From a virus (Duplodnaviria > Caudoviricetes), in the IMG/VR virus record IMGVR_UViG_3300044259_000239, positions 1 through 36,322 of that record: 36,322 nucleotides of DNA; one strand, given 5' to 3'. Each line of letters opens with the position of its first letter. The first letter of the stretch is position 1. Shown piece by piece: positions 35,476 through 36,322 of the stretch. The position numbers and the translations under genes were made by a program. The notes beneath the pieces are model-generated. The model was not told the origin of the DNA and made no database searches. It saw only the letters and a program-made list of their open reading frames with translations.

Positions 35476-35585
35476 TGCCTATGTTTTTTTTATATTTACT
35501 TTTGTAAAGTGTTATTGTTATTTTGTTTTACAAATATATAAACAATAGTCTAATTACAATAAAATATTTAAACAATTTTCTAATT
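35475..35585. promoter_or_regulatory. Lysis/lysogeny switch: convergent promoters and operators
   Basis: Plus TTG-N19-TACTTTTG (35475-35504); minus TATATTTG (35538-35531); repeats TAAACAATwkTCTAATT at 35539 and 35569. Confidence 0.7.
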
Positions 35586-35590
35586 TTTTT

Positions 35591-36322
35591 ATGAAAGCAA
35601 TCGAAAGAGTTAAGCAATATATTGATTTTAAAGGTTTTAACAATAGTTCTTTTGAGAAAGAAATTGAACTATCAAACGGCTATATTGCCACTCAATTGAA
35701 ACGAAATGCTGATCTAGGTGAAGGAATATTGAATAAAATATTAGACAATTGTTTAGATGTGAGCCCAGAATGGCTACTTACCGGTAAAGGAGCAATGTTA
35801 AAAGGTGATTTAAAACTTAATAAAGAATCTTCTACTCAAATCCTACGTGAAGAAAAGAAATTAATACCCTTATATGATGGTGTGGCAACTGCCGGAACTT
35901 ACGAAGCGGCTATTCTGGACCCAACACAACAAGCAGCAGAGATGATCGATGCGGGTGATTGGTTTCGTGATGCTACGGCCGCAATGCGTGTTCATGGTGA
36001 TAGTATGTATCCAGAATACAAGTCCGGGAGTATCGCAGCTTTAAGAGAAGTTAAAAACAAAAGACTTGTTGTGTATGGTCAAGATTATTTAATTGAAACA
36101 TCTGAGTACCGTGTTATCAAGAGATTACAAAAAAGCGAATATCCCCAGAACTGGCTTGCTTGTTCTGTAAATGAAGAAAAATACGAAGGTACTGGAAGGC
36201 TTATTCATGAACCTTTTGATGTTCATATAGATGATGTCATTAGGTTGTATCAAGTTCTCGGAAATGTGAAACGTAACCAGAGTAGTACAGTTATTCATGC
36301 CAACGGGAAAGCTAAAAACTAA
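35591..36322 (+). CDS. CI-like repressor with S24 peptidase domain
   Basis: N-terminal HTH ending VSPEWLLTGKG; TAG (Ala-Gly) cleavage site, GDSMYP serine, IKRL lysine. Confidence 0.92.
   Translation: MKAIERVKQYIDFKGFNNSSFEKEIELSNGYIATQLKRNADLGEGILNKILDNCLDVSPEWLLTGKGAMLKGDLKLNKESSTQILREEKKLIPLYDGVATAGTYEAAILDPTQQAAEMIDAGDWFRDATAAMRVHGDSMYPEYKSGSIAALREVKNKRLVVYGQDYLIETSEYRVIKRLQKSEYPQNWLACSVNEEKYEGTGRLIHEPFDVHIDDVIRLYQVLGNVKRNQSSTVIHANGKAKN

Larger units (their letters stand above)
1..36322. mobile_element. Mu-like transposable prophage (contractile tail), Bacteroidota-type
   Basis: Repressor, DDE transposase and MuB-like ATPase at the right end; terminase, gp36-like, portal, MuF, virion morphogenesis, protease, capsid, sheath, tube, tape measure and baseplate genes. 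Ends not seen. Confidence 0.95.

Noticed and set aside
1-36322. Mu-type ends, invertase or mom gene
   Set aside because: The window begins and ends at CDS boundaries; none is visible.

Overview
The whole window is the interior of a Mu-like transposable myovirus prophage of a Bacteroidota host (probably Flavobacteriaceae, from low GC and TAnnTTTG promoters). No prophage ends are visible. Right to left it carries: CI-like repressor and small Cro/Ner-like gene, DDE transposase, MuB-like ATPase, a long early operon, a plus-strand packaging/head operon, and a divergent minus-strand protease-capsid-lysis-tail operon ending in two adaptor/receptor-binding pairs. The main finding is a diversity-generating retroelement (DGR) inside the early operon. 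It has an RT (25462-26571), a 71-nt template repeat (26686-26756) and two variable repeats (26872-26942, 27257-27327). All 24 TR/VR mismatches fall at TR adenines. The targets are two small paralogous proteins that look cytoplasmic, not tail fibres, and no avd gene is recognisable; a 98-aa ORF overlapping the RT end is the candidate accessory factor. Other observations: a probable -1 slip fusing portal to a MuF protein with a nuclease-like C-terminus; a promoter-plus-terminator antisense sRNA candidate at the end of that gene; a 40-nt mini-tRNA-like element with a T-loop upstream of the transposase; signal-peptide-like N-termini on both capsid protease and major capsid protein; and an unannotated tail-chaperone -1 frameshift. 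All family calls come from motif recognition and synteny; no searches were run.
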